Below, piece after piece: positions 40,792-52,271 of a DNA stretch of 64,000 nucleotides. Origin of the DNA: Rhizophagus irregularis (taxonomy: Eukaryota); NCBI RefSeq assembly GCF_026210795.1, contig NC_089433.1, positions 5,518,001-5,582,000 of the forward strand. The letters run 5' to 3'. The notes beneath the pieces were generated by a model, which had not been told where the DNA came from, searched no databases, and saw only the letters and a program-made list of their open reading frames with translations. Each line of letters starts with the position of its first letter. Position 1 is the first letter of the stretch. Both the position numbers and the translations under genes were made by a program.

Positions 40792-42006
40792 TAAAGCTCT
40801 GAACGGTTCGGGCTAAACTGGGGAACCAATCCGAAACCGGCTCAAAATTCGGTTCGGTTAGGTTCGGGCATTAGAACTGAAAACCCGGCGGTTCGGTTCA
40901 GTTTAATCTGATTTTTATAAAAATGCAAAAAATCGAATAGCTGGCCATCTAGTGATCGTACAAAGTCGAGCCATATATCATTGGATTCGTCTCGACGAGA
41001 CGTGTCGAATGGCGGTAAGATCATGTCTCTAGCATTGAAAGATCACACGTTAACCCACGCTAAATAATTTATAAATAATTGGAATTAGCAAGCTATCTAT
41101 CGGAGCTAGAGACATGATCTTAGCATCATTCGACGCGTCTCAGTGAAACGAATCCAATGAATATGAATTCGTTCGTGTATGACCACTGGATGGCGAATAA
41201 TATCAAGTTTCGCATTTTTTTAAAATTTTCGAGCATTAAAAATTAAAAATTCCGATACATGAATTTATTTGTCGTCCAATGGCCGTACAAATATGAATTA
41301 GGACTCATTGGATTCGTCTCGATGAGACGAGTCGAATGGTGGTGAGATTATGTCTCTAGCATCGATAGATAGCTTGCTAATGCCAATTTTTTATAAATCA
41401 TTTAGCGTGAATTAACTTACGATCTATTGATACTAGAGACATGATCTCACCACCATTCGACTCGTCTCATTGAGATGAATGCAATGAGTCTTATTTCATA
41501 TTTGTACGACCATTGAACGACGAATAAATTCATGTATCGGAATTTTTAATTTTTAACGCTCGAAAATTTTAAAAAAATGCGAAACTTGATATTATTCGCC
41601 ATCCAGTGGTCGTACACGAACGAATTCATATTCATTGGATTCGTCTCACTGAGACGCATCGAATGGTGCTAAGATCATGTCTCTAGCACTGATAGATAGC
41701 TTGCTAATTCCAATTATTTATAAATCATTTAGCGTGGGTTAACGTGTGATCTATCGATGCTAGAGACATGATCTTACCACCATTCGACGCGTCTCGTTGA
41801 AACAAATCCAATGTTATATGGCTCGACTTTATATAATCACTAGACTTTGTACGATCACTAGATGGCCGACTATTCGATTTTTCACATTTTTTAAAAATCG
41901 GATTAAACCGAACTGAACTGCCAGTTTTTCGGTTTGGTTCTTACAGATTTCAGCTCTAATCCGAACCATCTATAATCTGGACCAAACCGACCCGTTTGGA
42001 ACTTTA
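40792..42006. mobile_element. 1.2-kb non-autonomous foldback element (hAT-like)
   Basis: Imperfect TIRs TAAAGCTCTGAACGGTTCGG / CCGACCCGTTTGGAACTTTA; 8-bp TSD AACAAAGT at 40784-40791 and 42007-42014; interior is a long inverted repeat. Confidence 0.9.
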
Positions 42007-42339
42007 AACAAAGTAGAGAAAATTACTATTCGAAATCGGGGCACCGATCATATGCTTATATAGTAAATTAGTCCCAATTAGTGGGTTTTAATTGAGCTAG
42101 AGCCATCACTTTGTACAATACAGGCATCATATTAAATATGCTAATAATAGAATACCATATGCATATTTTTTTGTATTTTTCACGCTATATTGTAAATAAA
42201 ACTTTAGACTTTTATTTGATATAACACCAGATTCCCGCCTATAAATATGACAAGCAAATTTGTAATTTCAACATTTTGAACTTTTATTTTGCGAAAATAA
42301 TGCATTTTTACGTTTATTTATCAAATTTTTAGGGCTTTT

Positions 42340-42690
42340 AATACATCATTAACCTGTGCTAAAGCTTGTTGAGCTTGTACTTTACGATGGGCTTGTGCAT
42401 ACTGGGTTATCTAATTACCAATTGTAGAAACTTTTGGAATTTCCTCCGCTTCTAAAATTCCTTCTTCTACTAATTCTTTTAGTTCATTATACATTTCTTG
42501 AGCTGTATATTTTTCACTTTTATTAACATCTCCAGCCAAAAAATACGCTTCAAAATATGGAATCACATATTTGCTTATTCGTTTCTCTCCTCCTTTTTTA
42601 CCAAATTTCTGCCTTTCTTTCAAAGCCCATTCACTCGGCAATATAAAATCTAAAGTACAAGCTGAAACTTGTTTTGAACCCAAATCAGTG
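42340..42690 (-). pseudogene. C-terminal fragment of a transposon-associated protein
   Basis: LPSEWALKERQKFGKKGGEKRISK...YFLAGDVNKSEKYTAQEM...IPKVSTIGN*ITQYAQAHRK with an in-frame TAG. Confidence 0.55.
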
Positions 42691-42974
42691 CTGGCAGTTT
42701 CGGTATTTGATGTGTCTTTGTTCAAAAAGGTAAGTTTTGAGTAAAATGTAGTCACAATTTTATAAGCAAAAAATGCCTACCTTTATTTTGTTCTAATGTT
42801 TCATTTAAAGTTGCTGGGCGAAATTAAGTAGTTTAGACAATTGTTGAAATCGAAACTAGTTGAAACATTTTATTAAAAAATTAAAAATTTGCAAAACTGC
42901 AAAACTGACGAAACTGGTAAAACTGTGAAAGGTTAGTAGTATATAAATCCCAGTTCTGGCTCACTTTCCTCAGA

Positions 42975-43106
42975 GTCCAATCCTAGTTACCTTTTTCTTG
43001 CTACCCCCATTGCTCCCCCCACCAGCTGTGGGTCCAATCCTGGTTACCTTTTTCTTGCTACTCCCGTTGCTCTTCCACCGGCTGTGGACCCAATCCTGGT
43101 TACCTA
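42975..43106. repeat. GC-rich tandem repeat (about 57-bp unit, about 2.3 copies) left of the virus-like cassette
   Basis: (g)tccaatcct(a/g)gttacctttttcttgctac..cc.ttgctc..ccacc.gctgtgg repeated. Confidence 0.8.
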
Positions 43107-43169
43107 TTTATATTTTCACCTACTTATATCACCATTTTTACCTATTTATACCACCTATTTCACCTACTT

Positions 43170-43532
43170 CTTTACTAAAAATGGCCAATTTTTTGAAATG
43201 ATTTTGTAATAATTTTAAAATACTACAAAAATACATTTAATACATCAAAATGTTTTTATTATATTTTTGCTATTATTTTGTAATTATATTGTATCTAGGT
43301 CTATAAAAATAACTCAAAATAATATCACAATAATTTTTTAATGTTTTTGTTATTATTTTATTATTATAATATAATTAACTTTGATATTATTTTAATATTT
43401 TAATCTCAAAAATACCTTAAATATATCTTGATATATTTTAAAAATTTTACAAAATAATTGCACAATTGTTTTGAAAGCCATTGTATCTAGGTCTATAAAA
43501 ATATTTCAAAAAATTGGCCATTTTTAGTAAAG
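43170..43532. mobile_element. 363-bp AT-rich MITE with probable 2-bp TSD (TT)
   Basis: 30-bp TIR CTTTACTAAAAATGGCCAATTTTTTGAAAT and its reverse complement; removal restores the local cacctacttat repeat. Confidence 0.85.
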
Positions 43533-43779
43533 TTATTTCCTTACATCACCTATTTTATCTACTTTTTATTCATCCTACTTATATTTTCACCTACTTACTC
43601 CCAACTGAACAAAAAATAGGATTTCAAAGCCAACGGAGTCAAAAAAAGGTAAGGAAATATTAACCCATCCAGGAAACCAGCCATGGAGTCAATAGAGCAG
43701 AATAGCAAGGCAAGCAATTACCCTTATACCGAGAAAAAATGTAATTGAATAAAAGATTCATATATAAAAGGTTTACAAG

Positions 43780-44424
43780 ATGTCACAATACAGACCATCA
43801 CTAAGACGTGTACTAGGCCAGTTTGAACTCAACATAGAAGAATGGGTAAAGGAAATAATGTGGTATTTAGATATAGCATATTTAAAAGCTTTAGATTCCG
43901 AATTTAGCAAAGAAAGTATGTTAGTATCTGGAATAGGAGAGCTAGTAGAAATATTTGATGAGATGTTAGAAGGTGATGATATATGGATACATCCATCACT
44001 TTTATCACGAGTAAGATATTCTATTCTACCAGATGAAATGGCAATATATGAAAGATTTTCAGATATCATTAAGAACTTCTCAGAGGATAAAAAATTAGCA
44101 TATGCATTATTAGACTTAGTAGAAATATTATCAAAAAAGAAACCTACAACATTCAACATTATAAATTACAATATACAAAGAATATTCACAAATCCTAATG
44201 ATGAATATAGAAATGAATTCAGCATCTACCATATTAAAGAAGATGAAGATATGGATGAAGACACAGATGAAGACATAGATGAAGACATAGATGAAGAAGA
44301 GCAGAATGAATTTAATGAATACTACCAGAATCTTGCACCAACCACCGAGAGTCAACTGGATAAGCTAAAAAATAAGTTGGCTATAACTCTATGTGACGAA
44401 TGTCTTATGCCAACAAGAAGTTAG
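43780..44424 (+). CDS. Intronless hypothetical protein (214 aa) with acidic tract and C-terminal CxxC
   Basis: Long clean ORF; DEDxDEDx tract; LCDECLMP; convergent with the B263R-like ORF. Confidence 0.7.
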   Translation: MSQYRPSLRRVLGQFELNIEEWVKEIMWYLDIAYLKALDSEFSKESMLVSGIGELVEIFDEMLEGDDIWIHPSLLSRVRYSILPDEMAIYERFSDIIKNFSEDKKLAYALLDLVEILSKKKPTTFNIINYNIQRIFTNPNDEYRNEFSIYHIKEDEDMDEDTDEDIDEDIDEEEQNEFNEYYQNLAPTTESQLDKLKNKLAITLCDECLMPTRS

Positions 44425-44482
44425 GAATGCGATTGCTGGATTTTACAAATAGAGGGTTTCTAGTTTTCAGTGAAACCATTTT

Positions 44483-45274
44483 TTACCTCTCGCAATCTGG
44501 AATAGGTGCATCACAAATAAAATCTCCAAAATCATATGGATTAGAAAACAACTTCTGTAAGAACTTATAAACCATATCAGCATCCAATTCAGTCTTAGTG
44601 CCAAATATATTAACCTTACCAGATTTAGGCCAGATATATACCTGAATCTTTGAAGTAAAGATTATAGCAATTTTAGAATGAATATCACCCGCATCATTCT
44701 TAATATATTTTATTGGAAAGGGAAGAATCTCACGAATACCATCTATAGACTCTAAAGCATATGCTAAGGTAGAAAGATTAATAAACTTATCACCTCCAAT
44801 ATTAATTACAAATTTATAATTGCGCAGGAGAGCCTTATTTTCACCCACAAGTTCTACAGAAGAAAACTCAGGTAGGGAACATTCAGAAAGGTAACGTAAG
44901 AAGATAGTAACAGGATTAAAAGATCCAAAAACTTGTATACTATCAGATTTAGGAAAATAACGAATAGTATGTACAGTATCAGCTAAGATGATAACAAACT
45001 CAATGCATGCATTAAAAGTGCTACTATCTCCTGTACGTCGCCATCTATTTAATGGATTGTCAGGTGTACTTCGTCTGCATCGCCTCTCACCTTTTAGTTT
45101 AGACAAGTACTGCTCATAACCCTCAAAAGCTTTATAAATAAAGTTACTATTAATAGCAATAACATCCTTAGTAGGTTTAAGCTTATTACCAAGTATGGCG
45201 TAATCAAGTCCTTCAATATTGATTTTAAATTCAGTAATAGTAAGAGACGGAGTAAGTTCACTAAAAGTAATCAT
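44483..45274 (-). CDS. B263R: Asfarvirus B263R-like TATA-binding-protein homolog (263 aa, intronless)
   Basis: Colinear motifs AINSNF...EGYE, RRTGDSSTFNACIE, FPKSDSIQVFG, NYKFVIN, PFPIKYIK, SGKVNIFG...VYKFLQKL and PIPD, compared with ASFV pB263R as recalled (ALNCNF...PGYE, GDGTCFNSAIE, FPSTGEIQVPG, NFKFQIN, PYPIREIK, KGKINILG...IYTFLKDL, PVPD). Two TBP half-repeats. Confidence 0.88.
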   Translation of the reverse strand: MITFSELTPSLTITEFKINIEGLDYAILGNKLKPTKDVIAINSNFIYKAFEGYEQYLSKLKGERRCRRSTPDNPLNRWRRTGDSSTFNACIEFVIILADTVHTIRYFPKSDSIQVFGSFNPVTIFLRYLSECSLPEFSSVELVGENKALLRNYKFVINIGGDKFINLSTLAYALESIDGIREILPFPIKYIKNDAGDIHSKIAIIFTSKIQVYIWPKSGKVNIFGTKTELDADMVYKFLQKLFSNPYDFGDFICDAPIPDCER

Positions 45275-45378
45275 ATCTAGTTTTTTCTATTGAAAGAAAA
45301 GAAATGTTCAAATTATTTTATCCTAAGAAAAAATCTAATTAAATAAAACTTCTTCATCAATATCTTATACGAGATACC

Positions 45379-45909
45379 ATGACAAATAATAGCTTACCTC
45401 CTGAACTTTTAGAAAAGATATTCAAAACTACATATGAAGGCACTTACTACCGTTGGTATTATCTTCAAAAATATGCATTAGTGTGTCAAAAATGGGCTGT
45501 AGTAGCAAACTCTTTCCTATGGGGTGAAGTAGACCTTTATAACCGCTATAATGTGAAGGAGTTCCAAATGTATAAACATCTTACAAAACCAGGAACAGTA
45601 TGCGGAAAATATATCAGAAAGCTTAATATGGATGAGGTAAAATTATGGCCCATTTGTATTGTAAAAATGCTACAAGCTTGTCCTAATATCCAGGAACTTA
45701 GCATAAAAGATTATCAATACTATGGTGGAAAAGGTGACGTTAGAGATTTGCTAAGTGAAATCCTGCATATATTACCAAACCTTCAAAAGTTAGATATCAG
45801 ATATAGCCAGAGATATTTTAACAAGGAAAATGCTATTGAAAAACTTATAGAAACCCATAAAAACCTAGAAATCAGAGTAACACGTAAATGTGATATTTGC
45901 AAAGGCTAG
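45379..45909 (+). CDS. Intronless F-box/LRR protein (176 aa)
   Basis: F-box SLPPELLEKIF...ALVCQKW...LW; LRRs CPNIQELSI and LPNLQKLDI; terminal CDIC. Confidence 0.85.
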   Translation: MTNNSLPPELLEKIFKTTYEGTYYRWYYLQKYALVCQKWAVVANSFLWGEVDLYNRYNVKEFQMYKHLTKPGTVCGKYIRKLNMDEVKLWPICIVKMLQACPNIQELSIKDYQYYGGKGDVRDLLSEILHILPNLQKLDIRYSQRYFNKENAIEKLIETHKNLEIRVTRKCDICKG

Positions 45910-46140
45910 CCACTACTCATTACTATTCGTTACTGCCAAAAAAAATTTGGGCACTGCCCTGTCACTGCCAAAAAAATTTGAGCACTACCCTGAAACGTAC
46001 GGTTCACACTGGGATATCATGCTGATTACTGCCCATTACTGTCAAAAAAATTTGGGTACTGCCCGTCACTGCCGAAAAAATTTGGGCATTACCCTATCAC
46101 TGCTCGCTACTGCCCAACATTACCGCAGAAGTTTGGGAAA
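45910..46140. repeat. Degenerate tandem array (CACTGCC-An-TTTGGG) right of the virus-like cassette
   Basis: About 5 copies of actgccaaaaaaatttgggcactgccc variants. Confidence 0.8.
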
Positions 46141-46366
46141 TACATGGACTTTTTCTAGCAAGATGACGCTTTAACTTAGAGGGAAAATCAAAATTTGCTC
46201 CACATAGATGACAGGTTAATCTTCCTCGAGAGTGTGAATTTTTTTTAAGTCGATAGTATCCATCTGCAAGGAAGTCACATTAGTTTTTCGTTTATGTAGA
46301 GAAATTGGAATGGTAATTTTCTTACGTGATGATAGAGGGATGGTCAGTTGCCGATTTTGGAAATCT

Positions 46367-46662
46367 AGGACCCCGGATATCTTCAAAACAGGTCATAAGT
46401 CACACTTTCGGCAGATTGGCCCATTTTTCAGGGGCTCAAAAAATCGTTTTTTGTAAATATCTCGGCATCCAGTGGTCCAATTTTGATGAACTTTTTTTTA
46501 AATTGTAGAGCTAAATGAGGGCTACAAAATAAAAAAAGTTCATTAAAATTGAATTACTGGATGCTGAGATATTTACAAAAAACGATTTTTTGAGTTTCAG
46601 CAAAAAGGGGTGTTTTTGGCCAAAAGTCCATTATGACCTTTATATTAGATATCCGGGGTCCT
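46367..46662. mobile_element. Palindromic MITE core
   Basis: AGGACCCCGGATATCT / AGATATCCGGGGTCCT, plus inner arms CTCAAAAAATCGTTTTTTGTAAATATCTC.GCATCCAG and its reverse complement; TSD not resolved. Confidence 0.8.
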
Positions 46663-47200
46663 GCGTATATCCTATTTTCATACCTTGCTTAACAGCTCCA
46701 CTATTTATTTAAAAGCGGCTTTTCTCTCTTTTGTATGTGGGTAGTGGGTACATTTTTCCTTTCTTTTATTCTTTTCTTTCATATATGAATGGCGAAAGAC
46801 ATTTTCTTTTTCTTTATTCTTGCTTTTATTCTTGCTTTTCGTATGTGGATGTCTTACTATGTTGAATATATAAACTAATAAAGTATTGTTAATATTGTAA
46901 AGAGATAATTAAAGTATACTTTAAAAAGAAAAAAGAAGAGACGAACTAAAATATCGTAAAGTGTTAATATAAAAGACAAGAGAAAAGCGTATTTTTGAAA
47001 ATAAACAAAAAAAATCTCATTAATAAACGCGAATTTTAGCTATTTTTAGATATCACATGCATGTAATTAAAGTGATTTTAATTGGTTAATTTTAATTTAT
47101 TATTACATCATGCATATGATTTTATTGGTTAATTTTAACCAAAATTTTATACGATACAAATTAAAATAACTATTTTATTATATTTATATAATTAATATAA

Positions 47201-50200
47201 TTATATGGCTGTAAAATAAAAATTATTTTTTATCCAAATTCTATTTGTAGTATCATGATTTGGTAGTTGGCACCTTTCTGAATTACAATTATGAATAAAG
47301 TGTACTTTTTGAACATTATCTATTACAGTAATTGGAAAAATACGTCTCCATTTATCTCCTGTTGCTTGAAGACGGTAAAGTGGACATTTTAATACTGAAT
47401 GTTCAACCATAGTATCTTCAAACCAATCTACAACAATAAATGCATAATATTTGTTATTATTACCCTTATGTTGAAAGATACCTTTGATTATTGCATAAGA
47501 TTCTTCATGATCTTCTTCATAAATTGTGATAAAATCATCGAGATGTAGGTGAACTTTTGAAAGGATACCATTTTCTTCTTCAATCATATATGATGCAAAT
47601 TTGTACCAACTAATTGAAGAGTTTATAAGTGCCGCCGCCTCAAACTTCATATCCACATAAGATAAAAACAATTCAGTTTTAAAATTATGTAAAGTTAAAA
47701 GAAGTTTATCACGTTCCTGCTTTGACATTCTTTTTTTTAATGAAATATTGGAAATAAAGTTTACTGGAGATATAACTAAATTAAAAGATTAGTAAATATA
47801 AATATCAAACATGTACTACTATATGCAATAAAATACTTACTTTTTGTATTATCATCATCGTCTTGAACTTGTTCAGTTGCTTCAGTTGAATATTTATCTT
47901 CTGTAACATACCAATTTAAAAATAATTGTCCAAAATTTGAATTTGTAAATCCAGTACAAGATCTATTAAATCTTGGATCAATACCACCATCTGCTAAATG
48001 TCGAATTGCAAATAAAGTATTGTAACGCTTTAATAAATCCAAATCTATGTTTTTGCAATTAGTCTTTGGTACCATCCCCTTAAAAATACGATGGACCATT
48101 TCTTTTATACCAACTTGGGTATTAATAAGTGTTCCAAAGGTTTTAGCATGCATCAAAAGATGCATATTAACGTGTATGTTTGGTAAATTAACAAAATTTA
48201 CAAAAACCTATAAAAAGTAAAATATTGTTAATTATTTGAAATTATTCCATATTTCAATATCAAATTTGTAACTATACCTTTGGAAGGATTGAAAACTCTT
48301 CTTCAAGACATTGTTGCAATTCCTCATAGCTATCTGATGTAAATTTCTTGTTAAAAACCGCTTTCATAGTTTTTGCAACATGTATCTAACAAAATATAAT
48401 AATTTTTGAAACTGAACTAACTCAAAATGCATTAATTCTTTGTTGAATCATGGCTGTTTCATTACGTTTGATACTTGATTCTTTTAAAAACTGGTTTAAC
48501 AAAAATGGCATAATCATAACTAATCTAAGTAAATCCGACATCATAAAACTATTGTAGTGAGTAATCGGATTTGGTAAGCGAGACCATCTTTTTGGGATTT
48601 CAAAATTTTTCCAAATTTCGATAAAATTATCTTTTCCTTCTCGTGAAAATAATTCACAAGTTAATTTTAGTAGCCGCCCAATCTTTCCTGCAGTCGCATG
48701 ATAAACATCCTGCGGCGTCTGTAAATGTCTTTTCCTTTTTAATTTATCTAAAATACTAGGTAATGATCGTAAACCATATTCCGTACAAAGTTGATCTCTT
48801 CTTGACATTATAGTCTCATGAGGAAATTTTTAAGATTTCTTCGTCTGTAATATGATGATAACGTAATGTTGTTACAATATCCTGATTGTGAGCACTCAAT
48901 GATTCTTTAGTAGTTTTACAAGTACGACAACCCTTATTTGCATTATGTCTAAATTTATTTTTTAAAAAATTTTAATAGTTGTCATAAAATTATATTATTA
49001 TATTATTAACTAAATTGAAAAAATACCTTAATACTCCTGTCATATCATTACCTTGAGGTAAATCTGCCATAACAACGCCTAAACCAGCAATTATCCATGC
49101 ATCTTGTCCTTGGACAGTCATCACCTTTCCTTTCTCTAATTCCTTCATTTCTGAAATGAATGGTATCATAAATTCGACAAATTTTCCTTCAAATGGGATA
49201 AACCCAATGACAAAATGGTTCTTTATTAGCTTTTTTTGATGTGCTGGCATATTTCCAAACTGTGCATAAACACCACCTAGAAAATGGTATACATTTCTAA
49301 ATGTACCAAAATCATCATAATAAAGATCTAAAAACAGCTTATAAATTGGCATAGATGATAATGGTGGATTTCTAATAGAAATGTAATCAGATGGATGTAG
49401 GTATGAAAGCTTTACATTACGAACGTGCCAACGGTCATTACATTTATAAATTATTTCACTAATCCACAATGAACCATCAGGAATATTTTGATGTTGAAAC
49501 ATTATCAATATAGTTACTTTTTCTAAAATTTGAGAAGTCATTATAATTAAAAATGGTTTGTCTTGTAACCATACTTCACCGGTAATAGAACGACGTTGTC
49601 TTGGTAACCCTTTTAAATTTCTGGGTAAATCTCTATATTCCAAAATTTTTTGAATTCGTAACTGATAATATCCATCATCATTTTTTAAAATTGATCTTAA
49701 TCTTCCAAGTTTTTTTTGACCATTATCATCATGATAGTAAACAAAATCACCAGATCGGTACAATACTATTTATTAAAAATAACTTTAATAAATATTATCA
49801 ATGATAATAAATTATAATTGTATCAAAGTGTATTATTTTATAACCTTCTGATATTAATATTTCGTGTTGTTCAAAAAGTGGGGATTCCCCCATAAATTTC
49901 CATGCCAAAATTCTGATTTTTCTTCAGAATTAATGCCGGGTCCAAAATACATATGCTTCATTAGCATCGGATTATTAAGAACACGTCATATAATTTCACT
50001 GATTGAGAGTTGATACGAAAGTTTTGATCCTCATGAGGTTGATAGAGTTTTTTTTGGTGAAATTTTAATAGACTTTGTTATTATTGGTAGGAGAGCCCTA
50101 TAAAAAAAAATTTTACTTAAAATATATTTAAAATATATTTAATTTTCTTTAAAATATACTTAATTTTCTTATTTTATACTTAAAATATACTGAAAATTGA

Positions 50201-51179
50201 ATTTTCGCAAAATTTGAATTAAATTGTATTTAATATATACTTAAAATATATTTAATTTACATTTAAATTTTGCCCATTTCAGTATATTTTAAGGATATTT
50301 AAAATAAGAATATTTTAAGTATATTATTATATACTTAAATTATACTTAAATAATATTTAATTTTTGCCTATTTCAGTATATTTTAAGTATAAAATAAAAT
50401 TTTAAATATATTTTAAGTATAAAATAAAATTTTAAGTTTATTTTAAGTATATTTTAGCAAAAATATTTTTTATAAGGGAGGAAGACGTTTTCTCCATGAT
50501 TGGAATCTTCAGATATTTTTTACCACATGGGTGGTTCAAATTGAGAATTGTGAATGATATCGATAAGATCTTCATATGCTTTCGTAGAAACATTATGCTT
50601 CTGAAGCCAGCAAAATAATGCCGTAGTTGTATAATTATTAAAGTACGGTGCAAACTCACCATTGCAAAACGGTATCTTGTCTTCATCTAATGCTTCAACA
50701 ATTTGATCTATTTCTTCCTCTTCATTATTACGTTCCTCTTCATCGTTATTACGTTCCTCTTCCACTTGATTATTATAATTATCATTGTTACCTTCCTCCT
50801 CCTCCTCTTCGTCATTGTTTTCATTATTATCTTCCTTCTCTTCCTCCTCTTTATAATTGTATTCGTTATCACTGTCTTCTTTCTCTTCAGTATCAGATGA
50901 ATTGACATTATCTTGCGAAAATATCATCTCATCATTGTAGTCTTGAGGATTAATTGATCCATATGCATTATCGTCATCATTAATGTCTTGAAAACTTAAA
51001 TCATCTTTATGATCATACTGAAAGTCCATGTCATCGTTATCATTATCAGGTGAACGTACAGGCGAACGAATTGCAACTCTCTCGTCAGAATCTGTTGTCT
51101 CATTAGGTTTACTGTAAGAAAACCAATTTCGAATTTGAATTGGCTCTATTGATTTATTGTGACTATATCGTCTTCTCAT
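47201..51179 (-). pseudogene. Disrupted Plavaka/CACTA-like transposase (acidic N-terminus, BAH-like segment, catalytic region)
   Basis: YRSGDFVYY, KLFLDLYYDDFGTFRNVYH.LGGVY, NHFVIGFIP, GVV.ADLPQGND..GVLR|HNANKGCRTC, QTPQDVYHA.AGK, NLPNIH...EMVHRIFK and VHFIHNC; stops, frameshifts and a MITE insertion. Confidence 0.8.
50096..50478. mobile_element. 383-bp CCC...GGG MITE (CACTA/EnSpm-like, 2-bp TSD AG) inside the transposase
   Basis: CCCTATAAAAAA...TTTTTTATAAGGG; AG at 50094-50095 and 50479-50480; excision restores R-L-P-L-L-P-I. Confidence 0.88.
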
Positions 51180-51264
51180 CTTTTAACAATTTAAATCCTT
51201 AACTTAATTTAGAATTTTTATAAAATTCAATAAATCTTTATAAAAATTATTTATTAAATACCTT

Positions 51265-52051
51265 AATTGCTAATTCGGTTAAGATCAGCAGTATCCTACT
51301 ATGTAAAATTGGGGAAATTGGTGCAAATAATAAAAATAATTATCATATGATCTAATAATCCAATTTTGATGAACTTTTTTTTGTTCTGTAAGTCTGGATT
51401 ACCTTTATAAAATAAAAATAATTTCATTGAAATTGGACCATTAGGTTGTGAGATAATCACAAAAACATATTTTACCGACAACGATCAGATTCCATTAATA
51501 ACAAAGCAGACAATTATCTCCTGATTCAGTGATCCAATTTCGATAAACTTTTTTTTGTTATTTGGATCTCAATAATCTCTACATAATAAAAAAATTTTGT
51601 CAAAATTGGGCCTCTAGATCGTGAGATAATTGCGAAAACATATTTTGCCAGACGATTTTTAGATTCATGATATAGCAAAATATATCTTTGTGATTATCTT
51701 CCGATCTAGCAGTCCAATATTGACAAACTTTTTTTTATTGTGAAGAAGAGGTTAAGACCTAAAAGACAAAAAAAAAATTATTGAAATTGGATCACTGAAT
51801 TAGGAATCAATTCTTTTTTTATGATTTACTAAAATTTAGTCATAATAATAATATGAAATACTTTTTCACGATTTTCTTATAATTTAGTATTTCAATTTCA
51901 ATAAATTTTTTATTTTATTGAGGAAATCAAGATCTATAGAACAAAAAAAAGTTCATTGAAATTGGATCATTGGATCAAGAGATAATTATTTTCTTTTTTT
52001 GCCCCGATTTTACATAGTAAGACACTGCCGATCTTAACCGAATTAGCAATT
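51265..52051. mobile_element. 787-bp non-autonomous TIR element with 8-bp TSD
   Basis: About 50-bp TIR AATTGCTAATTCGGTTAAGATC.GCAGT.TC.TACTATGTAAAAT.GGGG; AATACCTT at 51257-51264 and 52052-52059. Confidence 0.9.
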
Positions 52052-52135
52052 AATACCTTTTATATTGTTTAGCGTATCGACAAAAAAACCAAAATCAATT
52101 TGGTTAAAATTATTACCGATTTGCTATAGATTCTG

Positions 52136-52271
52136 ATTGGAGTTTTGAAAGTAACACAATCGTCAAGTTTTAGAACACAATCGTATACAAAATCAAGTAG
52201 CACATTGGAGTTTTAAAAGTAACACAATCGTCAAGTTTTGGAATACAATCGTATACAAAATCAAGTAGTAC
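52136..52271. repeat. 2 x 68-bp tandem duplication
   Basis: attggagtttt.aaagtaacacaatcgtcaagtttt.gaa.acaatcgtatacaaaatcaagtag twice. Confidence 0.9.

Noticed and set aside
40960..41830. CRISPR-like array of palindromic repeats
   Set aside because: Eukaryotic context, no cas genes, the intervening sequences are themselves repeated and inverted, and all lie inside a TIR/TSD-bounded element.
45890..46174. 94-aa ORF after the F-box gene
   Set aside because: It is a translation of the CACTGCC repeat array with no sign of protein-level constraint.
50648..50908. Short ORFs rich in His/Tyr, Ile/Phe or Lys/Arg
   Set aside because: Alternative frames of the acidic low-complexity transposase N-terminus.
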